Origin: Saccharofermentanales bacterium
GTDB lineage: Bacteria; Bacillota; Clostridia; Saccharofermentanales; DTU023
Length of the DNA: 64,000 bases
Reading direction: 5' to 3'
Assembly: GCA_041655695.1 (NCBI GenBank)
Contig: JBBAEW010000002.1
Coordinates: forward strand, 27,927-91,926
Below, one piece after another: positions 35,705-44,472 of this stretch. The translations under genes and the position numbers were made by a program. Below the pieces are notes generated by a model that made no database searches, was not told the origin of the DNA, and saw only the letters and a list, made by a program, of their open reading frames with translations. Each line of letters opens with the position of its first letter. The stretch's first letter is position 1.

Positions 35705-36532
35705 TTAGACACCAAAGAGTCCGCCAAGCAGACTCCGCGTTCCCCAAGCCATCCCCACGCCCAGAATGGCGTTGAAGACGAAGAGCAGGAAGATGAAGGC
35801 GCCTGTAATAGCCAGGAAAACCGGCCACAGGGGACGGTTCTCCTCCTCCTGGCCCTGGCTGGCAACCAGAAGGGAGGCCGCCAGAATCAGAATGGGAACC
35901 ACATAACTCAAAACCATGGTGAAGCTGCCTGCGGGAATGGCGATTCCCAGAAGCATGGTCAGAAAAGAGACGGCCAGCACCACGTTCATATAGGACGAGA
36001 AGCGGACACAAAGGGCAACCAGACCTTCCTGCTTCTTGGCGATCAGCCGGGCAAAGACCCAGGCAACGGCCGGCATGGCGGCCATGATGATCAGATTAAA
36101 GAACCAGAGCAGGAAAAATCCGCCTGCGTGCCAGCTCATGAGGCTGGCGGCACCCAGTGTCGCGAAGAGGGTGATCAGGAAGGGCACAATGGCCGCGTAG
36201 AGAAGATGGATGGGCTCGCTGCTTCCCAGAAGCCCTTTGAAAAGCCAGCCGGGATATCGTTTGCCGTCCAGGGCCAGCGCCGAGGGTTCTTTGGGCTGCG
36301 GTGGCGGGTAATAGGCGTAGGGGGGCTGCTGCGCGCCAGGTTGAGGCGGCTGCTGCATGCCCGGCTGAGGCGGCTGCTGGTAGGGATAAGGCGGGGCAGG
36401 GGGCGGAGCCTGGACCTGCGGTTGCGGATGGTGAGCGGCCTGCGCTTCAAGGATCTCCTGTTTGCTCCCGCACTGGAAGCAAAAAAGCGCATTCTCGTCC
36501 AGTCCAACGCCGCAGTTATGACAATTCTTCAT
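35705..36532 (-). CDS. Zinc-ribbon / Pro-Gln-rich / multi-TM membrane protein
   Basis: MKNCHNCGVGLDENALFCFQCG zinc ribbon, P/Q-rich linker, four or more TM helices. Confidence 0.5.
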   Translation of the reverse strand: MKNCHNCGVGLDENALFCFQCGSKQEILEAQAAHHPQPQVQAPPPAPPYPYQQPPQPGMQQPPQPGAQQPPYAYYPPPQPKEPSALALDGKRYPGWLFKGLLGSSEPIHLLYAAIVPFLITLFATLGAASLMSWHAGGFFLLWFFNLIIMAAMPAVAWVFARLIAKKQEGLVALCVRFSSYMNVVLAVSFLTMLLGIAIPAGSFTMVLSYVVPILILAASLLVASQGQEEENRPLWPVFLAITGAFIFLLFVFNAILGVGMAWGTRSLLGGLFGV

Positions 36533-36734
36533 AGAGTTTCCTCCTTATTGCTGTCCTGTCCCGTTTTTCCGGACAGTCCTCCATTTTCAAACGAGTAAAT
36601 TATAGCACAGGGGGCCCGCCCGGAGCCCTGCTTTTGAGGCTGCCGGTCGCAGACGGTGACAGTGGCGTGGTAGGATACTAGCAGGATGCCGAGTACCCTT
36701 TGGCCATGAAAAGCGGAGAAAGAAGGACAGTTTC

Positions 36735-37181
36735 GTGCGTGCTTTGATTCAGCGGGTCAGTGAGGCCCAGGTTGTATGTGATGACGGATTCCGGTCGGAA
36801 ATCGGTCCGGGCTTTCTGATTCTGCTGGGCGTCGGAATCCATGATGACGAGGAAATCTGCGCCAGGCTCTGGCAGAAGATCAGCAAGCTTCGGATATTCC
36901 AGGACCAGGAGGGCAAAACAAATCTGGACCTGGCCGCGGTCGGCGGGGATGTCATGATCGTCTCCCAGTTCACCCTCATGGCCGACACCAAAAAGGGCAA
37001 TCGCCCAAGTTTTATCCAGGCGGCCCCCCCCGAGCAGGGCCAGCGTCTTTATCATTATTTCACGGAACTGGCAAGGCGGCAGATCCCCCGGGTGGCGACG
37101 GGGTCCTTCGGCGCGGAAATGAAGGTCAGCCTGATCAATGACGGACCTTTCACCATCTGGCTGGACACAGATTTCTTTTAA
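36735..37181 (+). CDS. dtd: D-aminoacyl-tRNA deacylase
   Basis: MRALIQRV..A.V, SQFTL.ADT.KGNRPSF, GPFTI. GTG start. Confidence 0.9.
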   Translation: MRALIQRVSEAQVVCDDGFRSEIGPGFLILLGVGIHDDEEICARLWQKISKLRIFQDQEGKTNLDLAAVGGDVMIVSQFTLMADTKKGNRPSFIQAAPPEQGQRLYHYFTELARRQIPRVATGSFGAEMKVSLINDGPFTIWLDTDFF

Positions 37182-38161
37182 AAGGGAAAGTCTTCGGGTT
37201 CGGGTGATAGCCGGGTCCGGATCAGGCGGATGCGGGGGAAGGCCAAAGCCAGGTCCCGAGCAGCCTGATCCCGGGTTTCCTCCTGGGCGAAGAGACCAAA
37301 ACAGGCAGGTCCGCTGCCCGACATGGAGGCCGTTCCGGCTCCTTTTTCTTTCATATGGCAGATCAGATCCGAAAGCAGTCCGTGCCTTTGGGCCAGAAGC
37401 GGCAGGAAATCGTTGACGGCCAGGGAGGCCGCGGCCGCAGGCTCCGGGCGTGAAAGGGCCTCTTGCCAGCCCCTGAGAGAACCAGGATCCTGGCCGGCCT
37501 CTGGATTACCGGTCAGGTCTTGTTCACGGAAACGGTCCAGGGCTATAAAGGCCTCGGCTGTCCGGATCTTCAGCGGAGGCAGGGCCAGGAGGACCGGCCA
37601 GCTGGAGCCGGCAAGCGGATGGGACAGAATCTGGCCGACGCCCCGGCAGTAGCGCAGACCCCCGTAAAGACAAAAGGGGACATCAGCGCCGCAGGTGAGC
37701 GCCATGGCTTCCAGATCATCAGGAGACAGGCGGTCGGGGTTCAAGCCCCCGGCTTCCGCCAAACCTCCCTGCCAGGCCTGCCAAAGGAAGCGGAGGACCG
37801 CCGCCGCGTCCGCGCTGCCGCCGCCTAAACCAGCTTCCCAGGGGATGGCTTTTTCGATCCGGCATTCAAAAGAAAAAGCGTCAGGCTGGAGACCTGACGC
37901 TTGAAAAAACACTTGCGCGGCCCTGTAGGCCAGATTGTCAGGGCCCTCCGGCAGCGAAGCCGCATTGGAGCTGACTTTCCATGTCCCGTCACGGCCGGGT
38001 CTCCCCTCCAGGGAAAGATGCAGGCTGTCAGAGAGAGCCAGCGTCGCCATAAGGCTGGTCAGCTCATGGTAACCATCCGGCAGGCGCCCGCCAATCCTGA
38101 GAGATAAATTGGTTTTGGCCCGGGCCTTTTCAAGAGACCGGAAAAGAGGGAACACGGTCAC
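37178..38161 (-). CDS. ispE: 4-diphosphocytidyl-2-C-methyl-D-erythritol kinase
   Basis: AKTNLSLRIGGRLPDGYHEL, GHMP motif PWEAGLGGGSADAAA. GTG start. Follows veg. Confidence 0.85.
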   Translation of the reverse strand: MTVFPLFRSLEKARAKTNLSLRIGGRLPDGYHELTSLMATLALSDSLHLSLEGRPGRDGTWKVSSNAASLPEGPDNLAYRAAQVFFQASGLQPDAFSFECRIEKAIPWEAGLGGGSADAAAVLRFLWQAWQGGLAEAGGLNPDRLSPDDLEAMALTCGADVPFCLYGGLRYCRGVGQILSHPLAGSSWPVLLALPPLKIRTAEAFIALDRFREQDLTGNPEAGQDPGSLRGWQEALSRPEPAAAASLAVNDFLPLLAQRHGLLSDLICHMKEKGAGTASMSGSGPACFGLFAQEETRDQAARDLALAFPRIRLIRTRLSPEPEDFPF

Positions 38162-38164
38162 GGC

Positions 38165-38455
38165 CTAGCGGCTGTCCTCCGACTGCTGGAGCAGTTTTTC
38201 AAGACCCTCGTCGTCGAAAGCGATTTCGACAACCTTGGTCAGCAAATCAATGTAACTGAAACAGACGTGTTCGCTGTAGGTGGGACTGACCGGACAGCAG
38301 ACGGTAAAGACATTCGACGAGCAGTTTTCAAGGTATCCTTCATGAATAACCGTACGGCGGCGTCCTCCGTTTGATTTAAGCATAATCCGTTGTCCAAGGC
38401 GTTCTTCAAGTTCAGCACGGCATGAAGCCAATTCAGCTTTTGCAATCAAGAGCAT
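38165..38455 (-). CDS. veg: Veg family protein
   Basis: LGQRIMLKSNGGRRRTVIHEGYLE...VFTV...FSYIDLLTKVVEI matches the Veg (DUF1021) pattern. Conserved veg-ispE order. Confidence 0.8.
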   Translation of the reverse strand: MLLIAKAELASCRAELEERLGQRIMLKSNGGRRRTVIHEGYLENCSSNVFTVCCPVSPTYSEHVCFSYIDLLTKVVEIAFDDEGLEKLLQQSEDSR

Positions 38456-38504
38456 TCACCCCATCTAGAAATAATCAAAAGGCGCACAATTCGCCATCAA
38501 ACCG

Positions 38505-38533
38505 CATTATACCTTTTTTTCCCTCTTTTATCA
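38505..38533 (-). promoter_or_regulatory. Consensus-like veg promoter
   Basis: Minus strand: TTGATA (38533-38528), 17 nt spacer, TATAAT (38510-38505). Confidence 0.55.
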
Positions 38534-38556
38534 AGCGGACAGGGGCAAAAGGCCTG

Positions 38557-39639
38557 CTATGACGACATGGAAGCAACCAGACCCCCGCCCAGGACCTCAT
38601 CGTCATCATAGAAAACAGCCGACTGGCCGGCCGCTGTCAAGCGGACCGCCTGATCCAAAAAGACCTTGGCCCGCAGGCCATCCGGCTCTATAGCCAGCCG
38701 GGCGGCCAGGGAGGTACCCTGGGAACGCAGCTGGACCTGGGCGTCAAGTTCAGAAGCCGCAAGGCGCGGGAAAACCAGGTCAGTCAGCTCAAGCTGACGG
38801 ATCAGGGCATCCTCCTCATCACCAAGGGTGACGGTGTTCTTCTGCCGGTCGACCGAAAGCACGGTCATCCGCCTGCCGAAGGCCTGACCCAGGCGGCGCC
38901 GCTGGCCCGGCGTAAAATGCCAGCTGCCCTGGTGCTGGCCGATGATCTGGCCCGCCCGATCCAAAAAAGGTCCCGGCTGGTCTTTCAGACCCTGGCGGCT
39001 CAAAAAACCCTTGAGCTGGTTCTTGCCGATAAAACAGATATCCTGACTGTCCCTCTGGCCGGCCGCCGGATCCCTGTAACGTTCGGCTATCTGACGGACT
39101 TCCGCCTTGGTCAGTGAACCGACAGGAAAGAGGGTGCGGTCCAGGAGGGCCGGCGTCAGCCGGTAAAGGAAGTAGCTCTGGTCCTGCTCCCGGTGCAGAG
39201 CCCGGTGAAGGGCTGGCCCCTGCCCTCTGTCCGCCAAACGCGCGTAATGACCGGTCGCCAGATACTGGCAATCCAGCTGGTCCGCCAGCCGGGCCATGAC
39301 CTTGAATTTGAAATCGGGATTGCAAAAGACACAGGGATTGGGGGTCAAGCCCTCCTGCCAGGCCTGGACGAAGGGGACAACCACCTCCTGGTAAAAGGCC
39401 TGGCGGACATCCACGACCTCATGCGGGATGCCCAGCAGGGCCGCTGAACGTCCGGCCTGCTCAATCAGGCTGCGGTCCGATGATTCGGTCCAGGTCCAAA
39501 GGGTAACCGCGCGAACCCGGTAACCTGCTTCTTTCAAAAGGATGGCAGAGGCGGCGCTGTCCACGCCTCCTGAAAGGCCAAGCAAAACAGCGGACCCGGA
39601 GCCCCGGCCCGCGGCATGGTCAAGATTAGTCATATTCAT
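38557..39639 (-). CDS. mnmA: tRNA 2-thiouridine(34) synthase
   Basis: PP-loop LGLSGGVDSA, NPCVFCN, YLATGHYAR. Confidence 0.9.
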   Translation of the reverse strand: MNMTNLDHAAGRGSGSAVLLGLSGGVDSAASAILLKEAGYRVRAVTLWTWTESSDRSLIEQAGRSAALLGIPHEVVDVRQAFYQEVVVPFVQAWQEGLTPNPCVFCNPDFKFKVMARLADQLDCQYLATGHYARLADRGQGPALHRALHREQDQSYFLYRLTPALLDRTLFPVGSLTKAEVRQIAERYRDPAAGQRDSQDICFIGKNQLKGFLSRQGLKDQPGPFLDRAGQIIGQHQGSWHFTPGQRRRLGQAFGRRMTVLSVDRQKNTVTLGDEEDALIRQLELTDLVFPRLAASELDAQVQLRSQGTSLAARLAIEPDGLRAKVFLDQAVRLTAAGQSAVFYDDDEVLGGGLVASMSS

Positions 39640-40127
39640 GTCTCAATCTTAGGGATTTCCCTGGCAGGTGTCGAGTCCCGTGAGAAAAAGCAAGACGCGA
39701 AACGGGCAGGATTCCCACTTTTTTCACGGGGAATCAGCTGCCCGTTTCTTCGAGGTGTACTTTCAAAGTACGCCTCCTTTCCTGTCCCATTCTCGATCGC
39801 TGCTATGCCGGGCAAAGTCAGAGGACTTCTTGAACCATTCCGGCTGTCAGAATTCAATTTGGTGCGCTTGGCCGATGCGGTCTCCTCTGTTTCTTTCAAA
39901 TAAAGAGGTTACGCAACCCTGGCTTCAGATTCTCCGCACCTCGAAACGCACGCGCGATCCGATCGGGACACCCTGTAATTCGATTACCTTCTGTTTCCAG
40001 CAATCCGGCCTGAGCCGGAGCGCTCGCCTACATCTATGTAATCCAAATGAGGTTACAAAGAGCCTAGCACGGACGGTCTATCTTGTCAATATATTTTCGC
40101 TTATCCTGCATGAATATGTAACTTATG
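39640..40127 (-). other. ORF-poor, lower-GC, hairpin-rich region (long mnmA leader or independent structured RNA?)
   Basis: No convincing ORF on either strand. A TTGACA-17-TAGGCT promoter-like site lies at the distal end (about 40084-40056, minus strand). Several strong hairpins and palindromes. Confidence 0.3.
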
Positions 40128-40535
40128 TCAGGAATCAAGCGCCCCCCATTCCTGGTTTTCTTCCCCGGCCTCAATCTCATAATAAATCTCCGCCCGATCC
40201 AGAATTCGCTGCCTGGCCATAGGGGAAAGCTTGCTCATCAGGCTCAGGATGCGAGCCTTCTGCTCCAGGGGAAAGAGTTCCCGGTCCACTGCCTCCGCTT
40301 CACGGAGATAGCCTGTCCTGGCTGAATCGGAGGGTTCGGCAGTCATGTCTTCCATGCCAAGGATTTGATCCAGGGTAGCATCGAACATGGTCGCCAGACG
40401 TTTGGCCGTCTTGATATCGGGATAGTTGCGCCCCCCCTCCCATTGGCTGACAGATGTTTGCGTCACACCCAGCAGGTCGGCGAGCTCGCTTTGAGTCATG
40501 TGGTTTTTCTTCCTGAAATAGCGTATCCCATTCAC
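40128..40535 (-). CDS. XRE family HTH regulator with C-terminal extension
   Basis: GTG at 40535 (AGAGGGTGA 8 nt upstream) gives VNGIRYFRKKNHMTQSELADLLGVTQTSVSQWEGGRNYPD. Confidence 0.65.
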   Translation of the reverse strand: MNGIRYFRKKNHMTQSELADLLGVTQTSVSQWEGGRNYPDIKTAKRLATMFDATLDQILGMEDMTAEPSDSARTGYLREAEAVDRELFPLEQKARILSLMSKLSPMARQRILDRAEIYYEIEAGEENQEWGALDS

Positions 40536-40644
40536 TTTGATCACCCTCTTTCGCTTACGGGTCACAGGCGACAAAAGGATGGCGGACAAATCCGCACGTA
40601 CAACCTGCCATCAGGCAGATCCTGCCGATTATCACCTGTTCATT

Positions 40645-40701
40645 AGCTTATTAAGCTCATCCCGGTGTTTAATAATACGCTCCGGGGCTGACCTCTGGCA
40701 A
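40645..40701 (-). promoter_or_regulatory. Candidate promoter plus 13-bp palindromic operator of the XRE gene
   Basis: Minus strand: TTGCCA (40701-40696), 18 nt spacer, TATTAT (40677-40672). Perfect palindrome AGCTTA-T-TAAGCT at 40645-40657. Confidence 0.4.
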
Positions 40702-40752
40702 GTTCAAAAGAGTGATTTGGGTTACTGTAACGGAAATGTCACAAAAAAGCCG

Positions 40753-41745
40753 TCATCTATACCAGTGAGGGACAGGAGTCCTGAAAAGATCGTACTGGCG
40801 GCTGAGGGCCGCCAGCTGGTTGACCTGCTCCTGCTCCTGAGCCGAATCCCCCGGGCTTGATTCCAGATCCAGGAGGGTGGCGGTCATTTGATGGTGGGCC
40901 AGGAGTGTAAAAAAGTGCGGCGGACTGTCCATATTGAAATAGAGGTCGACCAGATATTGTCTGTCCTGAACGCTCAAATGTTTCTGGCCGTGGAGTATCC
41001 GGCATAAATCCATATGTGCCACTCCCTGGCCCAGAAAGAAGGGAAAGTCAACCAGCAGGGCTCCGCGATCTGTATAGGCAAAGCATTCGTTTACATAGGG
41101 GCCCAGGGAGAGAGTCAGCTCATAGTGGGCGGATCGGGAGATGGCGCGGGCGTTCTGGAGATAGAAGGAACGCCAGTTGCGAAAGACAGGCTTAGGCGGG
41201 ATCCTGCTTTCGATGGCGTCCGCCAGTCGGCGGGCTCGCTCCTCCGTCGCCTGGAGCGTGGAGACGCTGCGGGTTTTCATAAATGGATTGGGCCCCGTCT
41301 GTAAAAGACGCAAAAAGGCCGTCAGCTGAACCAGATTTTCAAAACGCGGAGGATTGTCAGGCGAGAGTGCCTGGAAGTATGGCATATCGGAACGTCTCTC
41401 CCAATGGCCTATATAGATGTCTTCGTGGAATTGCCAGCAGATTTCAGGCAGCATGGGGCCCAGGAAGCGGAAGATATGGGAGGACTGGGCGATAATCCCG
41501 CTGACCCACTGAAGATGAGTCCAAAGACAGCTGACCTGCTGCCAGTTGCGCAGGGGACCGGTTAGCAGCCAATAAGCCCGCCCTTCCCTGTCAAAGACTT
41601 CGAAGAAAGCGCTGGCCTCTTTCTCCCGGCACTCCCTGCAGGAACCCACGCTCCACCCGCTCATGAGGTCCGACCGCCGCATGCAGGCCTGCAGCCGCTC
41701 CTTCACCTGATTCTGGTCCCTTGATTTATCACAGCGATCAGACAT
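40753..41745 (-). CDS. Hypothetical protein, possibly a degenerate aminoglycoside-phosphotransferase/kinase-like fold
   Basis: ATG at 41745 (GGAG 6 nt upstream). The segment GALLVDFPFFLGQGVAHMDLCRIL resembles the APH (I/L)DF...G....DL activation region, but no clear HxD catalytic loop is seen. Confidence 0.35.
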   Translation of the reverse strand: MSDRCDKSRDQNQVKERLQACMRRSDLMSGWSVGSCRECREKEASAFFEVFDREGRAYWLLTGPLRNWQQVSCLWTHLQWVSGIIAQSSHIFRFLGPMLPEICWQFHEDIYIGHWERRSDMPYFQALSPDNPPRFENLVQLTAFLRLLQTGPNPFMKTRSVSTLQATEERARRLADAIESRIPPKPVFRNWRSFYLQNARAISRSAHYELTLSLGPYVNECFAYTDRGALLVDFPFFLGQGVAHMDLCRILHGQKHLSVQDRQYLVDLYFNMDSPPHFFTLLAHHQMTATLLDLESSPGDSAQEQEQVNQLAALSRQYDLFRTPVPHWYR

Positions 41746-41835
41746 GCAAGCTCCATGCCGGTCTGCCGGCCGTCCACTCAGCCTGCTCCCATGATAACGT
41801 CCTTGGGGCGCGCGGACTGCGCCATTTCGGAGCAT

Positions 41836-41881
41836 AAAAAAAGCGCAGCCCCGGCTTTGATCCCCAAGCCGGAAGGTGCGC
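41836..41881 (-). terminator. Intrinsic terminator after the aminotransferase gene
   Basis: Minus strand: GCGCACCTTCCGGCTT...AAGCCGGGGCTGCGC followed by TTTTTTT. Confidence 0.5.
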
Positions 41882-41903
41882 CCGGGCCGTCAGGCCCTGT
41901 CTT

Positions 41904-43100
41904 TTATTTCTTGCGGCCGGGGTAAGCTTCCAGGGCGATCTTGAGAATCCGGACTGCTTCCGCAAGATCCTCCAGCTTGAGGACATAGGCCACGCGCACT
42001 TCGTCGCGTCCCATACCCGGCGTCTGGTAGAAGTTCTCAACCGGGGCCACCATGACCGTCTTGCCGTCCAGTTCAAAGTCTGTCAGAAGCCAGATGGCAA
42101 AGGCCTCAGCGTCATCAACCGGCAGTTTGGCGGTCGCGTAGAAAGCACCGCCGGGCTTCTCGCAGACGACCCCCTCCATCTGCTGGAGGGCATCGATCAT
42201 GAGATTTCTGCGATCTTCGTATTCCTGGCGGATGGGCGTAAAATAGTCAGGATCCAGGTCGTACAAAGCCTTGGAGCCGATCATATCGAGCGTCGGCACA
42301 CAAAGGCGGGCCTGGCCCAGCTTGAGGGCCGCGGACATGACGTCGCGGTTCTTGCTTGTCAGGGAACCAATCCGGGCACCGCAGGCAGAAAAGCGCTTGG
42401 ACACACTGTCGATGATGATAACCCGGTCCAGCACATCGGTCATGGAACCGAAACTGGTGGCCGTCTTGCCGTCATAGCAGAACTCACGGTAGACTTCGTC
42501 CGCGATGATGAAGAGATTGCGGTCACGGGCGATGTCGGCGATCCGGCGGACTTCCTCATAGGTATAAACAGCGCCGGCTGGGTTGCCCGGGTTGGACAGG
42601 ACGATCCCCCGCGTCTTTTCCGTGATCAAAGCTTCAATCACCGGCCGTTCCGGCAGGGCGAAGCCATTGTGCGGATAAGTGGTGATGGGTTTCAGCTGAA
42701 CCAGGTAAGGCGCGGCAAAACCGCGGTAATTGGTATAGAAGGGTTCCGGAACCAGGATCTCTTCGCCGGGATCGCAGGCAATCAGCATGGCCCACTGAAG
42801 TGCTTCGCTGCCGCCGTTTGTGATAATGATGTCCTCTGTTTCATAACTGAGGCCGATCCGCTTGTAGTAACGGGAAATACTGTCTCTGAGCGGCTCCCAT
42901 CCATTGGAGTCTGCGTAGGCCAGCACCTTGACGTCGGCATTGCGGACAGCTTCCATGAAAACCGCGGGTGTTTCAATGTCCGGCTGCCCGATGTTCAAAT
43001 GATAGACTTTGGTTCCGCGTTTCTTGGCCTCATTGGCATATGGCACAAGTTTGCGGATTGGTGATGCCTGCATGGCCTGACTGCGGCTGGATATTCTCAT
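41904..43100 (-). CDS. PLP-dependent aminotransferase, class I (aspartate/aromatic type)
   Basis: SPIRKL...YHLNIGQPD, NPGNPAG, SVSKRFSACGARIG (PLP lysine). ATG at 43100. Confidence 0.85.
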   Translation of the reverse strand: MRISSRSQAMQASPIRKLVPYANEAKKRGTKVYHLNIGQPDIETPAVFMEAVRNADVKVLAYADSNGWEPLRDSISRYYKRIGLSYETEDIIITNGGSEALQWAMLIACDPGEEILVPEPFYTNYRGFAAPYLVQLKPITTYPHNGFALPERPVIEALITEKTRGIVLSNPGNPAGAVYTYEEVRRIADIARDRNLFIIADEVYREFCYDGKTATSFGSMTDVLDRVIIIDSVSKRFSACGARIGSLTSKNRDVMSAALKLGQARLCVPTLDMIGSKALYDLDPDYFTPIRQEYEDRRNLMIDALQQMEGVVCEKPGGAFYATAKLPVDDAEAFAIWLLTDFELDGKTVMVAPVENFYQTPGMGRDEVRVAYVLKLEDLAEAVRILKIALEAYPGRKK

Positions 43101-43248
43101 CGCGTTACCCCCTTGATTACGTGAGCGATAGCTTTTTTGGTTGAATCCTCGCATGGATATTTGGCATGCCCATCATAACATAAGGCCTGTCAAATAAAGG
43201 GAGTCCTGGCGGCTCCCTTTACTTGAATCAACCTGCTTGAAACAGGCC

Positions 43249-44448
43249 TCAGCTGTAGGATTTGAAGAATTCCTCAACCAGGGCCTGGTGGTGGCCCAGG
43301 ACGATCATGTGGTGGTTGGCAATGGGCCGGCTTATAAAATAATCCAGGCCAGACGGAATCTGAAGCTTCATTTGGGTCCGGCAGAGATTGCCTTCATGCA
43401 TACTTTCCAGCAGGCGCGCGTCGGCGGCATAAAAGGTCTCAAAGTCGTCCTTGCACTTGAAGACTGTGCAAGCCCCCGGTTCGAAGTCGGCCGTCACGGA
43501 TATGCCCAGGCCGCTTTCAAAGTGTGTGGTCAGCCGGTAATCGTCCGCCATATCAAGCGGCAGGATGCAGTGGGCGAAGACAATCTGATTGTCCGCCGGG
43601 TAGAGGCGGGAAGGATTGACCATGAAGACTGGCTGGCCGGTCAGCTCACCGATGACGGTCATGGCGACCAGGGAACGGCTGTCGCCTTCGCAGGCAGCCC
43701 ATATACCCTGGGCGTTCAAGATGCCCAAGGCCAGACAGCCCGTGATACAGAAGGGTTCCAGAAGGTCGAAGCAGCGCAGGGTAAAGCCGTCCAGCTGATA
43801 GCGGTCGACGATCCGCCGGCAGGCTCCGTAGACTTCAAGCGCTTTTTCCATTTCCTGGCCCTGGTAGCCCTTGGACTTCAACTGCAGGGTCCACTCATTG
43901 TCCTCGTAGGTCTTCTTCTCAATCTCTTCCATAATCTCGGACATGGGGATGAAGATCAGCTCCATGCCTGACCGCTGACGCAAAAGGTCTGCATCGACCG
44001 GCCGGCTGATCAGCCAGTCGGATTCACCCGTCACACCCAGGCGCATGCCCCGGAGCTTCTTGCGCGTTTGGGCGACCCTGAGCAGAATCCGCAAGCGCTC
44101 GGCAATCTGCTGGGGGGTCCCGTGCAGAATCTCGCCCCGCTCGCCCTGTTCATTCAGGTAGGAGAGAATCTCCATGGAAGCGGCAAGGGAGTTGTGGGAG
44201 GGCGTTGTCAAGAGGATGTAGGGCCCTTCCAGGTCCTTGTAAACGCTTTTGAAAACCTGCTCCGAACCGCCGGATCCGACGAAGAAAAGGCGCAGGGCCT
44301 GCTCCGCGAAAGCGTTACGGTCTTCGGTGAAGTCCAGTTTTTGATCCAGAGCTCTGGCTATTTCGTCCAGAAAGGCCTGGCATGATGCAGTCAGATTGGG
44401 GTCCCGATTGTCGTTGGGGGCCTTAACCAGCCACACAAGATTGGTCAT
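43249..44448 (-). CDS. L-fucose/L-arabinose isomerase-like family protein
   Basis: 399 aa. The AACEGD...VFAHC pattern resembles sugar isomerase C-terminal domains. Weak call. Confidence 0.4.
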   Translation of the reverse strand: MTNLVWLVKAPNDNRDPNLTASCQAFLDEIARALDQKLDFTEDRNAFAEQALRLFFVGSGGSEQVFKSVYKDLEGPYILLTTPSHNSLAASMEILSYLNEQGERGEILHGTPQQIAERLRILLRVAQTRKKLRGMRLGVTGESDWLISRPVDADLLRQRSGMELIFIPMSEIMEEIEKKTYEDNEWTLQLKSKGYQGQEMEKALEVYGACRRIVDRYQLDGFTLRCFDLLEPFCITGCLALGILNAQGIWAACEGDSRSLVAMTVIGELTGQPVFMVNPSRLYPADNQIVFAHCILPLDMADDYRLTTHFESGLGISVTADFEPGACTVFKCKDDFETFYAADARLLESMHEGNLCRTQMKLQIPSGLDYFISRPIANHHMIVLGHHQALVEEFFKSYS

Positions 44449-44472
44449 CGTTTCTTCTCCTTCTTCCGGGCC

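Noticed and set aside
39961-39981. T-box-like string AATTACAGGGTGTCCCG in the mnmA upstream region.
   Set aside because: It matches the T-box consensus (AANNNGGGTGGNACCGCG) only at GGGTG. It is not positioned at a terminator/antiterminator, and no specifier-loop or stem I features were found.
39668-40222. 184-aa plus-strand ORF covering the mnmA upstream region.
   Set aside because: It has low-complexity composition (S/P/F/R-rich), no SD, and crosses into the antisense of the XRE gene. It is not credible as a gene.
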